A stretch of DNA of 64,000 nt from Vermamoeba vermiformis (taxonomy: Eukaryota), in NCBI GenBank assembly GCA_045837725.1, contig JBEWZL010000216.1, positions 310,001 to 374,000 on the forward strand, in the 5' to 3' direction. The first letter of the stretch is position 1. Every line of letters starts with the position of its first letter. Below the pieces are notes generated by a model, which ran no database searches, had not been told where the DNA came from, and saw nothing but the letters and a program-made list of their open reading frames with translations. The position numbers were made by a program, and so were the translations under genes. Below are positions 63,501 to 64,000 of this stretch, piece by piece.

Positions 63501-63658
63501 TGCTCGCTGCGTACAATGCGCGCGAGGTGGATCCACGTGGGCGCGATGAACTGCTCGCGGACCTCAAGACTGGGGCTGACAAGAAACGCATTGGACTTGC
63601 CACCAGTCAGCGCGTCAGTCTGTTCTACAACCACATCGGTGACAATCTCACGCTCTAG
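60532..63658 (+). CDS. MUS81: Crossover junction endonuclease MUS81 with inserted SAM and SWIM domains
   Basis: N-terminal HhH (AYTKAANSI...LSGIGP); winged helix (YIPRYRSGAWAILISM...YTAWSAMTKL); ERCC4 (LLIDNRE, VERKTIGDL...DGRYKEQKFRL); C-terminal HhH (YPTPRSLLAAY). Confidence 0.92.
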
Positions 63659-63807
63659 TGTCAACAGCACTGATTGGTGGTCGATCACGTGACGCGGTGC
63701 AGTTCTCGGAGAAATTTCTGACTTTGTGACCGCGACGGAGCGATTTGTTTGCGCCATGTTAAGCTCGAATTTGAGTTGAATAAGCACGACTATACAACGC
63801 AGTATAT

Positions 63808-64000
63808 ATGGAACACTTGCCTATTGATATAGTGCTTATTCGCCACGGTGAATCCGAAGGCAACCTCGCGCAGTCCAGATCCAAGAAAGGTATGCGCTTT
63901 AATTTTCCGAAAACATTGATATTTTTAATATGAATTTGGTATCACATCAATATAAAACAAATTATATGGCCTTAACCAATGAAGCTTGGTGGATTTGAAT
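63808..64000 (+). CDS. Histidine phosphatase / phosphoglycerate-mutase family protein, first exon only
   Basis: MEHLPIDIVLIRHGESEGNLAQ followed by a GT donor at 63890; continues beyond the window. Confidence 0.8.

Noticed and set aside
29968-63658. DNA-repair gene cluster (HROB, RADX-like, MUS81)
   Set aside because: They are spread over more than 30 kb with unrelated genes between them, and synteny cannot be tested from this window.
1-64000. U12-type (AT-AC / RTATCCTT) introns, selenocysteine or stop-codon reassignment
   Set aside because: No U12 donor consensus was noticed. The in-frame stops I examined are explained by ordinary introns, and TAA, TAG and TGA all end genes normally.

Overview
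Gene-dense eukaryotic nuclear DNA with many short (mostly about 45-150 nt) GT-AG introns. It is most likely from an amoebozoan-type protist: COMMD, LAMTOR1, VPS50, a receptor tyrosine-kinase-like gene and Zn2Cys6 factors occur together (an inference). About 28 protein genes were reconstructed by eye. Trafficking and signalling: VPS50, a rabenosyn-like FYVE protein, ENTR1-like, an EH-domain protein, COMMD8, LAMTOR1, RGS and a kelch receptor kinase. DNA repair: HROB, RADX-like and MUS81. Ubiquitin system: ankyrin-filamin-RING, ankyrin-HECT and PB1-UBA. Others: a Crinkler-like SAM/NTPase/nuclease gene, DUF389, a secreted hydrolase-like protein, a CUE-Smr protein, two tandem Zn2Cys6 factors, neutral ceramidase, PPT1, a CHORD-like protein, EF1-beta, EBP2 and the start of a histidine phosphatase. 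Three signals stand out. (1) The 12-bp palindrome TGACACGTGTCA occurs in 11 perfect copies plus 5 TGACACCTGTCA variants, in both introns and coding exons, and only in part of the window. (2) An approximately 158-nt tRNA-like, Pol III-type ncRNA at 50643-50800 is not a canonical tRNA. (3) There is a protist RADX-like gene and a MUS81 with inserted SAM and SWIM domains. CDS coordinates are whole-gene spans including introns. All family assignments come from motif recognition, not database searches.
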